Assembly (NCBI GenBank): GCA_902542325.1
Contig: CACBUE010000002.1
Location: forward strand, 57 to 64,056
DNA from: an uncultured SAR86 cluster bacterium
GTDB taxonomy: Bacteria; Pseudomonadota; Gammaproteobacteria; Magnimaribacterales; Magnimaribacteraceae
Length of the DNA stretch: 64,000 nucleotides
Direction: 5' to 3'
Shown here: piece after piece, positions 1 to 9,846 of the stretch
Layout of the letters: the number at the start of each line of letters is the position of its first letter
How positions within the stretch are numbered: position 1 is the stretch's first letter
The notes under the pieces: generated by a model
What the model saw: the letters and a program-made list of their open reading frames with translations, nothing else
What the model was told of the DNA's origin: nothing
Database searches by the model: none
Program-made: the position numbers and the translations under genes

Positions 1-383
1 GGTATCGACTAGGCCTCTACGAAGAAATGGGCTTGAAAGATACTGATGAAGTTATAAATTGGTTTGAAGAATTTGTATTATCTTGGGATGCCAATAATCT
101 AATAGCTCTAGCTAGAACTTGGCAAAATAATAATATTGGTAATACACCAGGATTTAATGGAAATTATTCAGAAGCATTAGGATCAATAAAAGCTGATGTC
201 TTATATATGCCGAGCGAAACGGATATGTACTTTCATATTGATGCCTTAACCAGAGAAGCTAATATGATTCCTGGAGTAAAACTTAGAGTAATACCTTCGC
301 TTTGGGGTCACATAGCTGGAGCAGGCTTTACAAGCGAAGATATAGAATTCATGAATAATGAAATAATAGAGTTTTATAAATAA
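1..383 (+). CDS. Alpha/beta hydrolase, homoserine O-acetyltransferase-like paralog (5'-truncated by window edge)
   Basis: Frame is open from position 3 through the ORF-track ATG at 27. C-terminal MPSETDMYF (Asp) and IPSLWGHIAG (His) motifs are typical of MetX-like hydrolases. Confidence 0.65.
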   Translation, partial: YRLGLYEEMGLKDTDEVINWFEEFVLSWDANNLIALARTWQNNNIGNTPGFNGNYSEALGSIKADVLYMPSETDMYFHIDALTREANMIPGVKLRVIPSLWGHIAGAGFTSEDIEFMNNEIIEFYK

Positions 384-438
384 TTTCTATTTTTTATCCT
401 GAATTACATATAAGTTCTTTTTGGTTTAAACTTTATCT

Positions 439-1329
439 ATGGGGAATATAAAGCACGTAACAACCGTCACTCCGGTTGAAGAAATATTAAATATTTTAGA
501 TGAGGATGCGGGTGTTATTATTGATGACTTTCTTGAATCAGCAGACTTAGCTCAAATTAAAAAAGATCTTCGACCCTTCCTGACTGTTACTAACAATGGT
601 CAAGATGAATTCACTGGTTTCGAGACTAAAAGAGTTGGTGCTCTATTGGCCAGATCAGAAACATGTCAAAATTTAGCGCTGGATCCTTTAATCAATAAAC
701 TAGCAGACGGATTTTTGGGACCTCACTGCGAAAATTATCAACTGCATTTCTCTTCTGCTATCCAAATTGGACCGGGAGAATCAAGTCAAATTCTTCACCG
801 AGATCGGGGAGTTTGGGGAGGGTATATTCCAAGAAAAATCGAAACACAATTCAGTACCGTCTGGGCAATTAATGATTTCACGAAAGAAAATGGAGCAACA
901 CAAGTAGTTCCTGGATCGCATAAATGGGATAAAAATAGACAACCACAGATTGAAGAAATTGCTTATGCAGAAATGAAAGCAGGATCTGTATTTATCTATA
1001 CTGGATCGGTATTACATGGTGGTGGAACTAATACAACTGAGGAAACTAGATTAGGAATTTTCTTGCACTATGCACCTAGCTGGTTGAGGCAACAAGAGAA
1101 TCAATATCTCTCATATCCTCCGGAAGTCGCTAAAAAATTTACTCCTGAACTTCGCTCTTTGATTGGCTACTCTAAGGGGGGATATGTTCTTGGATTCTTT
1201 ACCGATCCAAATGACAAAGAAGGTAGATTGGAGTCAGTATCTCCTGAAAAGTTATTTGGTGATTCAAAAGATAAATATGCAACTCTAGCCACACCTGAAA
1301 AGCTAGTAAAAGAATCTTCAAGAAAATAA
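439..1329 (+). CDS. Phytanoyl-CoA dioxygenase (PhyH) family Fe(II)/2-oxoglutarate dioxygenase
   Basis: HRD...LHGGG facial triad; DFTKENGATQVVPGSH motif; WLRQQENQYL tail. Confidence 0.88.
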   Translation: MGNIKHVTTVTPVEEILNILDEDAGVIIDDFLESADLAQIKKDLRPFLTVTNNGQDEFTGFETKRVGALLARSETCQNLALDPLINKLADGFLGPHCENYQLHFSSAIQIGPGESSQILHRDRGVWGGYIPRKIETQFSTVWAINDFTKENGATQVVPGSHKWDKNRQPQIEEIAYAEMKAGSVFIYTGSVLHGGGTNTTEETRLGIFLHYAPSWLRQQENQYLSYPPEVAKKFTPELRSLIGYSKGGYVLGFFTDPNDKEGRLESVSPEKLFGDSKDKYATLATPEKLVKESSRK

Positions 1330-1338
1330 GCTAAAGGA

Positions 1339-2703
1339 TTGGTGGATAACAGAACCCAAGAGTTTCTTACAAAACCTATCGTGCCATTGCTGATAAGAAT
1401 GTCAGCACCAAATACCATAGCTTTTTTTATCCAATCAATAGTTGTACTAACTGAAGTCTGGTTTATCAGTAAGTTGGGAACAAAGTCACTTGCTGCAGTA
1501 GCGCTTGCTTTTCCATTATTGATGCTTACACAAACTATGTCCGGTGGCGCACTCGGAGGAGCTATCAGCTCAGCCATAGCTCGAAGCATGGGGGCTAATG
1601 ATATAGATCGCGCAGAAAAATTAATTTGGCATTCAATAGTTATCTCGATTTCTGGAGCATTTACCTTTTTAATTTTATTTTTATTATTTGGGAAAGGTCT
1701 TCTTTATTTACTGGGAGGTAGAGGAGAAATTCTTGAAGAATCCTATTTGTACTGCTCAGTTCTCTTCTTCGGAGGAATACTTATATGGTTATCAGGAAGT
1801 TTAAGTGCCGTCTTAAGAGGGATGGGAAATATGCGCTTTCCTGCAACACTCATGATCATTGCTTCTCTTCTACAAGTACTTCTCTCTGGAGGATTTATTT
1901 TGGGGTGGTATGGATTTCCTAAACTAGGAGTCGCTGGTGCCGCTGTCGCAGCCTTGATCAGCAGTATGATTATGGTATCGATAATAATCATGAAGCTCTT
2001 ATCTACCTCAGTTCCCGCGATGCTGAAACGAGAAAAATTAATTTTGAGCAAACCCCTATTCTCTAATATCTTTGAGGTAGCTATTCCAGCATCGGCCTCT
2101 CCACTTCTAACTGTAGGCACAATATTAGTGTTGACCGGTTTAGTTGGAACCTTCGGAACAGAAGCTCTTGCAGGATATGGCATTGGTTCGAGGGTAGAAT
2201 TTCTTATGATTCCTCTTATTTTTGGGATTGGCACGGCCATGACATCTATTGTGGGTGCGAATATAGGCGCTAGTAACATAGTAAGAGCAGAGAGGGTTGG
2301 TATTTATGGTGGATCAATGGCGGGTTTAGTTTCAGTGCTTATAGGCTTTTCTTTGGCCTTATTTCCTGACTTGTGGATCCATTATTTTACTGATGACCCT
2401 AAAGCCTACGAAGTCACAAAAAAATATATTCAAATTGTCGGCCCTTTTTATGCATTTCAAGGGATAGGTCTTTCTCTATATTTTGCTTCTCAAGGCGCTA
2501 ACGCAATGTTTTGGCCGACAGTGGCGACGATTGCAAGATTTTTGATAGCAGGCTTAGGGGGAAGTATTTCAATTTATATCTTAGGATTTGGTATAGAGTC
2601 GATTTTCTTATCCTCCTCGATAGCAATGATCATTTTCGGCACTATGATTTTTGTCTCACTAAAAAGAGGAGCCTGGAGAAAGCATGGCCCTAAATATTCT
2701 TAA
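1339..2703 (+). CDS. MATE family efflux transporter
   Basis: About 12 TM segments; LRGMGNMRFP and GANIGA motifs. The start may be the GTG at 1342. Confidence 0.88.
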   Translation: MVDNRTQEFLTKPIVPLLIRMSAPNTIAFFIQSIVVLTEVWFISKLGTKSLAAVALAFPLLMLTQTMSGGALGGAISSAIARSMGANDIDRAEKLIWHSIVISISGAFTFLILFLLFGKGLLYLLGGRGEILEESYLYCSVLFFGGILIWLSGSLSAVLRGMGNMRFPATLMIIASLLQVLLSGGFILGWYGFPKLGVAGAAVAALISSMIMVSIIIMKLLSTSVPAMLKREKLILSKPLFSNIFEVAIPASASPLLTVGTILVLTGLVGTFGTEALAGYGIGSRVEFLMIPLIFGIGTAMTSIVGANIGASNIVRAERVGIYGGSMAGLVSVLIGFSLALFPDLWIHYFTDDPKAYEVTKKYIQIVGPFYAFQGIGLSLYFASQGANAMFWPTVATIARFLIAGLGGSISIYILGFGIESIFLSSSIAMIIFGTMIFVSLKRGAWRKHGPKYS

Positions 2704-3466
2704 CTTCGCCAGATTTGAGCATGGCTCTATTTTTTGGTTGATAGGTCACAATATACGCCCTCCTCTCTTGATTAGATTGATTAGGCTTCGAGCCGTGAAC
2801 TATATGTTGATTAAAAAAGATTAAAGATCCTGCAGAGGCTATTAAATCAACTGCATCATCTATATCGAATGTATCTTGGTCCGTAAAAAACCCTCCTAAT
2901 TGAGAATTATCAAATGTTCCAGGTAGACAACCTTCCTTATGACTACCTTTAATAACACTGAAACATCCATTTGATTCGTCAGCATCATCTAAACAGATAT
3001 AAACATTAGGCAAAGTATCGACATCTTCACTATCATGAATCCAGTATGGTGAATCTTGATGCCAGCCAAACCCTGACCCAATTTTTGGTCTCTTAAGGTT
3101 CAGCTTATCCGTCCATAAACTAACTTCATCTAGAGACAAGATAGATCTTATTGGATCAGTTAATTTTCTATCTGCAATAATCTTTTCAAGATCTGAATTG
3201 AGAGAATGAGCTGGTTCGATAACTCTTAAGAACTCTTGATGAGGCTCTGGTTCAAATTGAAGAGTCAAGTAATCAATATCAACAAATCTCTTTGCATCTA
3301 AGAAATACTCTTTGCCTTCTCCGGCTATTGAGTGAGCTTTTGAAACAGTAGTCTCAAAGAAATCCCTAAAAATATCTATTTCAGTTGAAGAAAACTGATT
3401 TTCTCTAAGGATATAACCATCATTCTTATATTGAAGTTTCTCGTGATCTGATAGGAAATACGACAC
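2690..3466 (-). CDS. PhyH family dioxygenase
   Basis: WHQD...VHGS triad; DDADESNGC..VIKGSH; GTG start. Confidence 0.85.
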   Translation of the reverse strand: MSYFLSDHEKLQYKNDGYILRENQFSSTEIDIFRDFFETTVSKAHSIAGEGKEYFLDAKRFVDIDYLTLQFEPEPHQEFLRVIEPAHSLNSDLEKIIADRKLTDPIRSILSLDEVSLWTDKLNLKRPKIGSGFGWHQDSPYWIHDSEDVDTLPNVYICLDDADESNGCFSVIKGSHKEGCLPGTFDNSQLGGFFTDQDTFDIDDAVDLIASAGSLIFFNQHIVHGSKPNQSNQERRAYIVTYQPKNRAMLKSGEVKNI

Positions 3467-3472
3467 CTCTTT

Positions 3473-3835
3473 TCAAATCAACGAAATAGCCATCATAACC
3501 AGACAAACAATAGAGACTCCCCAAACGAGTGTTCTGAGGTACAAAATACCAAACATATAAGTGAAGTAATAAAGCACCCTTGAGCCTAACCAAAACATCG
3601 CCAGATTATAATTATCAATTTCCAAAACTATAGACAGAATGGCTAGTGCTAAAAATGCAGGTAGACTCTCTGAGATATTAGACCCTGCTCTTCTGGTTCG
3701 ACCAACAACTGGGGCCTCTTCAACAGACCCTTCTCTATTTGAGATGAGAAAATCTAAGTTTTTGCTATTCAGTACTGCTGGAGTTAAAAGTTGAATTAAG
3801 GTTAGTAATAAAGAGAGAATAATTAATGTGATCAT
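3473..3835 (-). CDS. MAPEG family membrane protein
   Basis: Four hydrophobic helices; RTRRAGSNISESLPAF, SRVLY and LRTLVW motifs. Confidence 0.75.
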   Translation of the reverse strand: MITLIILSLLLTLIQLLTPAVLNSKNLDFLISNREGSVEEAPVVGRTRRAGSNISESLPAFLALAILSIVLEIDNYNLAMFWLGSRVLYYFTYMFGILYLRTLVWGVSIVCLVMMAISLI

Positions 3836-3850
3836 TGCAAATTTCCTGTG

Positions 3851-3871
3851 TTAATCTCCTGGAGAGATTAA
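3851..3871. promoter_or_regulatory. Inverted repeat TTAATCTC-N5-GAGATTAA in a divergent spacer (candidate operator)
   Basis: Perfect 8-bp arms at 3851-3858 and 3864-3871, between divergent genes. Confidence 0.35.
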
Positions 3872-3911
3872 ACTAGATTCAGCTGATTTCAAAACATAAT
3901 TTAGAGGTTAC

Positions 3912-4580
3912 ATGAGATTTCTGAGAAGAATTTTCACCATCAAAGAAGTGCCGTCTGTGAGTTGGAGCTCTGACTTTCCACTCAACACTAAGCCGAGATC
4001 TTATACAGTCATTATGTTGATTACTGGACTATTTTTCTTTGGTTTGGGTGAAGCAATTATCATAGGAAGCGGGTCTGGCGTAAGTCCTTGGACTGTTTTG
4101 GCACAAGGTATTTCGATAAAGACTGATCTTTCTGTGGGTACAACAACTTTCCTAATAAGTATTACAATCCTTATTTTCTGGATACCGCTTAAGCAAGTCC
4201 CCGGAATTGGAACGATTCTTAATGCAATTATTATTGCCTCTACCATAGACTTAACTTTGCCTTATATACCCCAACCAAATGATAGTTACTTAAAGCTATT
4301 ACAAGCATGCATAGGGATATTTGTTGTAGGTTTGGGAAGTGGAATTTACCTGATCAGTAATCTTGGACCCGGACCGAGAGATGGTTTGATGATAGGGCTA
4401 CAAAAGCAGACTGGTACTTCAATACCACTAATAAGAACCATTTTGGAATTATCAGCGGTAATTTCGGGATGGCTACTTGGCGGAGCTGTAGGTATTGGGA
4501 CGGTTCTATTTGTTTTTGGTATTGGCCCTTGCGTAGGGATAGGACTCACACTTGTAGAAAAGATTTCAAAGAAACCTTAA
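3912..4580 (+). CDS. YczE/YyaS/YitT family membrane protein
   Basis: GVSPWTVLAQG, LGPGPRDGLM and GGAVGIGT motifs. Confidence 0.82.
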   Translation: MRFLRRIFTIKEVPSVSWSSDFPLNTKPRSYTVIMLITGLFFFGLGEAIIIGSGSGVSPWTVLAQGISIKTDLSVGTTTFLISITILIFWIPLKQVPGIGTILNAIIIASTIDLTLPYIPQPNDSYLKLLQACIGIFVVGLGSGIYLISNLGPGPRDGLMIGLQKQTGTSIPLIRTILELSAVISGWLLGGAVGIGTVLFVFGIGPCVGIGLTLVEKISKKP

Positions 4581-4643
4581 ATTAAAGACTTGAAAAGAAG
4601 GTTATTGTTCCTTCTAATGGCCTAATAACTAATAGAGATACAC

Positions 4644-5513
4644 ATGAAAAGAACTGTAACCATACCAGCAACATTTATAAGTATAGCCTTAGGAGTCCTT
4701 ATTGCTCTAGCGGGCAGTCAAGGGTCAGAGTTCTACAACGGAGTGGCACTATTTTCTCTATGTGCAAGTGTTAGCTATTTGCTGCACTGGATAATATTCA
4801 TACCCTCTTATATTTATCAAACAGAACATTATTTTGATCTAACAGGTTCAATTTCTTATCTTAGTGCTATAGGTTTGGGTTTTTATCTCAATCCATCTAT
4901 GGACCCTAGGGACTTACTGATTGGTGTTTTGATAGTGATTTGGGCTGTAAGACTTGGGACATTTCTTTTCTCAAGAGTTAAACAGGATGGGAAAGATGGA
5001 AGATTTACAATCATGAAAACTCAATTCCATTGGTACATCATGACTTGGACTTTGGGAGGTCTATGGGTCTTTCTGACGATGGCAGCAGGATTAGCTGCAA
5101 TTACATCTAATGTAAATATTCCTCTTGGAGTGATGGCTTATCTGGGATTAGCCTTATGGATTCTAGGCTTTTCGATTGAGGTTATTGCTGATAAGCAAAA
5201 AAGGGATTTCAAGAAACAAGAAAATAAAGAAAAAGAATATATTACTTCTGGTCTTTGGGCCTGGTCTAGACATCCAAACTATTTTGGAGAAATTACCTTA
5301 TGGGTTGGACTGACTTTAATAGCCCTTCCAGTATTGAGCGGGTGGCAGTTAGTCACCCTAATCTCTCCAATTTTTGTCTATGTTCTCTTAACAAGAATAA
5401 GCGGCATTCCAATGCTTGAAAATAGAGGAATGAAAAAATGGGGCTCTGATCCAGAATATATCGACTATTTGGAAAGAACGCCTTCATTGCTTCTAAAAAA
5501 ACCCAATAAATAG
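4644..5513 (+). CDS. DUF1295 / steroid 5-alpha-reductase-like membrane protein
   Basis: FDLTGS, RLGTFLF, DGRF, ADKQK and GLWAWSRHPNYFGE motifs. Confidence 0.85.
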   Translation: MKRTVTIPATFISIALGVLIALAGSQGSEFYNGVALFSLCASVSYLLHWIIFIPSYIYQTEHYFDLTGSISYLSAIGLGFYLNPSMDPRDLLIGVLIVIWAVRLGTFLFSRVKQDGKDGRFTIMKTQFHWYIMTWTLGGLWVFLTMAAGLAAITSNVNIPLGVMAYLGLALWILGFSIEVIADKQKRDFKKQENKEKEYITSGLWAWSRHPNYFGEITLWVGLTLIALPVLSGWQLVTLISPIFVYVLLTRISGIPMLENRGMKKWGSDPEYIDYLERTPSLLLKKPNK

Positions 5514-5526
5514 TTTATTTCTCACA

Positions 5527-6585
5527 TTGAAGCCCACTGATCTTTATTCCAACTTGATTGCAGATGGGCAACTAAGCTTTGATAAAGAGCAAAAGTCTCT
5601 CTTAGACAAGTTAGATAAATTAAATGGATCGTTAATAAAGCGCTCTAAGTCTTGGTTTAGACGTAAAAGTATAAAAGGGCTATACATCAGAGGAGAAGTC
5701 GGAAGAGGCAAAACTCAAATGATGGATATTTTCTTTGAAACTTTAGATTTAAAGAAGAAGAAAAGAATTCATTTCCATAGATTTATGAAATTACTGCATG
5801 AAGATCTAGATGAGCTTTCAGGACAGAAAGACCCGCTTAAGATTGCGGCTGACAATATATCTAAAGAAACTGACGTGTTATGTTTTGATGAGTTTTATGT
5901 TGAGGATATTGGTGATGCAATGCTTCTTGGTAGATTCATTAATGAGCTATTTGAAAAAAAAGTAACTTTAGTTACTACTTCTAATACTCATCCCGATAAT
6001 CTTTATAAAGATGGTCTTCACAGAAGTAGATTCCTGCCTGCAATTGAATCAATTAAAGAAAATTGTGAGATTTACGAATTGGACTCTCAGCAAGATTATC
6101 GTCTTAGAACTCTAGAACAACTAGAAATATTTATTATTGGGAAGAAAGAGAAAAGCACAAGTGAACTTGAATCAAATTTTTCAGAACTTACAAATAATGA
6201 CTATCTTGAAGGAGAAAATATTGAAGTTCTTGGAAGAAAGATTAAGACAATAAAGCTCTCACAAGGTTCCGTTTGGATATCTTTCAGCGAGATTTGCGAA
6301 GGTCCAAGAAGTGCGAAGGATTACATTGAAATTTGTAGTGAATTTCACACTCTCTTTGTATCTGATGTTCCGATCTTTCAATCATCTAATGATGATTCAG
6401 CACGAAGGTTTATCGCTTTAGTTGACGAATGTTACGAGAGAAATGTAAACCTAATCCTTTCTATGGAGACGGGATTAAATGAAATGTATGCAGGAGAAAG
6501 GTTATCTGAACCTTTCAAGCGAACTATTAGTCGGCTTGAAGAAATGAGGTCAAGAGAATATCTCTCGAGACCTCACATCATGTAA
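5527..6585 (+). CDS. zapE: Cell division ATPase ZapE (AFG1 family)
   Basis: Walker A GEVGRGKT, LCFDEF, TSNTHPDNLY, RRFIALVDECY, RTISRLEEM. Confidence 0.92.
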   Translation: MKPTDLYSNLIADGQLSFDKEQKSLLDKLDKLNGSLIKRSKSWFRRKSIKGLYIRGEVGRGKTQMMDIFFETLDLKKKKRIHFHRFMKLLHEDLDELSGQKDPLKIAADNISKETDVLCFDEFYVEDIGDAMLLGRFINELFEKKVTLVTTSNTHPDNLYKDGLHRSRFLPAIESIKENCEIYELDSQQDYRLRTLEQLEIFIIGKKEKSTSELESNFSELTNNDYLEGENIEVLGRKIKTIKLSQGSVWISFSEICEGPRSAKDYIEICSEFHTLFVSDVPIFQSSNDDSARRFIALVDECYERNVNLILSMETGLNEMYAGERLSEPFKRTISRLEEMRSREYLSRPHIM

Positions 6586-6867
6586 CTATACTGATTGAAG
6601 CATTTTTATTTCTGGCGCCCCTGCCATGAAAGCGCCCATTTTTGCACCTAGCTTTCTGAAATAATCAGTTTTCCCGTGAGCATCTTGTGCTTCTTGATCT
6701 TTGTATCTTTCAAGAAAAACATAAGTTGTATCATCTTCTTTATATAAATCGTAATAGACCACACCATCTTCATTTGCATTCACTTTCTCAACCAATTGAG
6801 AAGCTACGGCTTCGAAATCTGCTCCAGAACCCTCTTTAATTTTTAAAGTAGCAACTACTCCTATCAT
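6586..6867 (-). CDS. Antibiotic biosynthesis monooxygenase (ABM) family / putative quinol monooxygenase
   Basis: 93 aa; EDGVVYYDL, FLERYKDQEAQDAHG; clear AAGGGAG SD. Confidence 0.8.
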   Translation of the reverse strand: MIGVVATLKIKEGSGADFEAVASQLVEKVNANEDGVVYYDLYKEDDTTYVFLERYKDQEAQDAHGKTDYFRKLGAKMGAFMAGAPEIKMLQSV

Positions 6868-6942
6868 TTTTTTCTCCCTTATTTTTAAATTAGATGTAGA
6901 CTTTAGATAGTTTCAAACAAATAATCGAGAACTTTTTTTAGC

Positions 6943-8154
6943 ATGGAAAACTTACTTATTATTGGAGCAGGACAATCCGCTATCCAATGCATTTCGACTT
7001 TAAAGAAAGAAGGTTACTCTGGCTCAATTACTTTAGTCGGACAAGAGGAACACCTTCCATATCAAAGACCGCCTTTGTCGAAAGGGTTTCTAGAAGATAG
7101 TATCGGCAAAGAAAGATTATATTTTAAGAAACTTGAATTTTTTACAGAAAATAAAGTTCAACTCTATCTTGGGTTGTCTGCTGAAAAATTGGAAATCGAT
7201 AATCAAAAAGTTTACCTCTCAGATAATTCTGAGCTAGAATTTGATAAATTAGTTTTTGCTACTGGCAGTAGAGTTAGAAACTTAGATTTTCCGGGCAGTG
7301 AGCTTAAATCAATATTCTATTTGAGAGATCTAGATGATGCCGAGGCAATAAAAAAAGATTTAGAAACTAGTAAAAATTTAGTAATCATAGGTGCCGGTTA
7401 TATCGGACTGGAGGCAGCAGCAATCGCGGCAAAAAAGAATAAAATAGTCACTATTGTTGAAATGGCTGATCGAGTAATGAATCGAACAGTTGATCCTCAA
7501 ATATCTGAATATTATTTGAATCTGCATCAAAGCTATGGAGTTCAATTCCATTTCAATACGAGCTTAGAAGCTATTAATAAAGTATCTGATTCGTTGGAGG
7601 TAGTTTGCTCTGATGGTACTAAAGTGAAGGCAGATTCGGTGCTTATTGGTGCTGGCGTCGTTCCCAACATAGGACTTGCAGAAGAAGCTGGTATCTATTG
7701 TGACAATGGAATAATCGTAGATGAGTTTGGTCAAACTAACTTTAAAAATATTTATGCTTGTGGAGATTGCACAAATCATCCTAATAAAATTCTAAATAAG
7801 AATCTTAGATTAGAATCAGTTCATAATGCTATGGAACAAGCAAAAACTGTAGCTTCCTCCGTGATGAATAATCCGATGGAATATAGTCAGGTACCGTGGT
7901 TTTGGTCAGATCAATATGATCACAAACTTCAGATTGTTGGACTTTCTGGTGATCATGACTTGGTTACGATGAGAGGTAACACTAATGATGCCAAATTCAT
8001 GCTTTTTTATACTAAAGATGAAGAATTAGTAGCTGTTGACGCAATAAATAACCCAAAAGAGTTCTTAATTAGTAGAAAGCTGGTAGCAAATAAAGTTAAA
8101 ATAAAACCCAACGTGGTTTCCGATCTAAATACAAACTTAAATGATTTAATTTGA
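6943..8154 (+). CDS. FAD/NAD(P)-dependent ferredoxin reductase (putidaredoxin-reductase-like)
   Basis: GAGQSA, PYQRPPLSK, ATGS, GAGYIGLE, RLESVHNA, PWFWSDQY. Confidence 0.88.
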   Translation: MENLLIIGAGQSAIQCISTLKKEGYSGSITLVGQEEHLPYQRPPLSKGFLEDSIGKERLYFKKLEFFTENKVQLYLGLSAEKLEIDNQKVYLSDNSELEFDKLVFATGSRVRNLDFPGSELKSIFYLRDLDDAEAIKKDLETSKNLVIIGAGYIGLEAAAIAAKKNKIVTIVEMADRVMNRTVDPQISEYYLNLHQSYGVQFHFNTSLEAINKVSDSLEVVCSDGTKVKADSVLIGAGVVPNIGLAEEAGIYCDNGIIVDEFGQTNFKNIYACGDCTNHPNKILNKNLRLESVHNAMEQAKTVASSVMNNPMEYSQVPWFWSDQYDHKLQIVGLSGDHDLVTMRGNTNDAKFMLFYTKDEELVAVDAINNPKEFLISRKLVANKVKIKPNVVSDLNTNLNDLI

Positions 8155-8486
8155 TGAAAAAAACTATCGAGACAGAATACGCACTAGGACAAGTTGTTAA
8201 GCATAAATACCTCGACTTTAGAGGAGTAATTTATGATGTCGATCCTGAATTCAATAATACTGAAGAATGGTATCAATCAATTCCAGTTGCCATAAGACCT
8301 AAAAAAGATCAGCCTTTTTATCACGTATTCGCTGAGAATGATCAAGTATTTTATTCTGCATATGTTTCTCAGCAGAATCTATTAGTTGATGACAGTCATA
8401 TTCCTGTTGAACATCCTGATGTACCAATTTTCTTCGGGGGATTTGATGGAGAGTCTTACGAGATACTAGAAAATAGTAAAAACTAG
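8151..8486 (+). CDS. hspQ: Heat shock protein HspQ
   Basis: GQVVKH...FRGVIYDVDPEF, DQPFYHVFAEN, AYVSQQNL. The likely start is the ATG at 8154. Confidence 0.9.
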   Translation: MMKKTIETEYALGQVVKHKYLDFRGVIYDVDPEFNNTEEWYQSIPVAIRPKKDQPFYHVFAENDQVFYSAYVSQQNLLVDDSHIPVEHPDVPIFFGGFDGESYEILENSKN

Positions 8487-8490
8487 ACTT

Positions 8491-9687
8491 TTACTGAGCC
8501 TGTTCATAGGCTAAACCTATGCAACATAAGAAAACATCCATAGCAGTATCTAGTTCATCCAAAGAACAGGCTGTGGGAGCTATCCTGATGAATTTGTCTT
8601 CTTCGTCTAGGCCATAAGGATGAGTGGCTCCGGCTGGAGTTAGTTTCAACCCAAGCTCGGAAGCCAAACTAATAATTTTTTTTGCTAAACCTTTGTCGGC
8701 TTCAAAAAGCAGAAAATAGCCGCCTTCGGGTCTAGTCCATTTACCATAATTTTGTGACTCTAATTTAGCAATAACGAGATCAAACTTAGGCTTGATTATG
8801 TCAGCATGTCTTTTCATATGATCCTTTAAATGAATCTGACTAAAAAATCTTACATGTCTAGCTTGATTTAACTTATCGGGACCTATCATTAAGGAAGAAT
8901 AGAATGGTAGAAACTTATTTTGGTTATTAAGAGACATAGCAATGAATGCTATACCGGCACCGGCAAAAGTTATCTTAGAACTAGAGCCAAACTGTATAAC
9001 CACATCTTCACAACCTTTAGTTTTTGCCATATCAAATATGTCATCAAAGGACGAGTCATCATAAAAATCATGAACAGCATAAGCATTATCCCAGAATATC
9101 AAAGTTTTATTTTTTGTTTTGCTAAAGATTTCAAGTAAACCATCTATTGTCTGATGACTATAAATTTCTCCAGTTGGATTTGAATATTTTGGTACACACC
9201 ACATTCCTCTAATCGAGTCATCCGAATCAATTAATCTTTTGATCTCTTCTAAATCAGGTCCACTCCCTGTCAAGGAAACTGGAATCATATTTATACCAAA
9301 TTTTTCACAGAGATTAAAATGTCTATCATAACCAGGTACAGGACATAATACTGATACCCTTTTCTTACTATTCCATGGCCCCTCTCCTATACCTTCTACA
9401 AATAGAAAAGACAGGAATTGTGACATTAAAGACAAGCTACTATTGCCTGCAGCCCATACATATTCTTTGGAACATCCTAAAATCTCTGCGCCTAACTGAC
9501 GACAAGAATCTAAGCCTTTAATTTCTCCATAATTTCTTATATCGACACCATCATATAAAAAGTTATTTTCAGAAGAATTTATCAATTCATTTGATAAATC
9601 AAGCTGATCTGACGATGGTTTGCCTCGAGTAAGATCTAGAGAAAGTTCTTTAGATTTGAGCTCTTCAAACTTTGAAAAATAGTCCAT
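8491..9687 (-). CDS. PLP-dependent aminotransferase, AspT/Rv3722c-like aspartate aminotransferase family
   Basis: LDLTRGKP, CPVPGYDRHF, WCVPKYSNPTG, WDNAY, SSSKITF (PLP Lys), AGATHPYG. Confidence 0.8.
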   Translation of the reverse strand: MDYFSKFEELKSKELSLDLTRGKPSSDQLDLSNELINSSENNFLYDGVDIRNYGEIKGLDSCRQLGAEILGCSKEYVWAAGNSSLSLMSQFLSFLFVEGIGEGPWNSKKRVSVLCPVPGYDRHFNLCEKFGINMIPVSLTGSGPDLEEIKRLIDSDDSIRGMWCVPKYSNPTGEIYSHQTIDGLLEIFSKTKNKTLIFWDNAYAVHDFYDDSSFDDIFDMAKTKGCEDVVIQFGSSSKITFAGAGIAFIAMSLNNQNKFLPFYSSLMIGPDKLNQARHVRFFSQIHLKDHMKRHADIIKPKFDLVIAKLESQNYGKWTRPEGGYFLLFEADKGLAKKIISLASELGLKLTPAGATHPYGLDEEDKFIRIAPTACSLDELDTAMDVFLCCIGLAYEQAQ

Positions 9688-9823
9688 TTATTTGAGTTGG
9701 ATATAAAAAAAGTGATTTTAACATTGGCGTAAGTCGATAGATATATAAAAGAATTATGATCAAATTTCATACAATCACTTTTCAAGCCGATAATAATTGA
9801 CTATCAAGTATCCGTTAACAAGC

Positions 9824-9846
9824 TTATCCACATTGATAGTGGATAA
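9824..9846. promoter_or_regulatory. Inverted pair of DnaA-box-like sites
   Basis: TTATCCACA (9824-9832, perfect consensus) and AGTGGATAA (9838-9846, reverse, one mismatch). Confidence 0.45.

Noticed and set aside
2690-3466. Ectoine hydroxylase EctD
   Set aside because: It has FGWHQDSPYW instead of the EctD signature FxWHSDFETWH, and there are no ect genes nearby.
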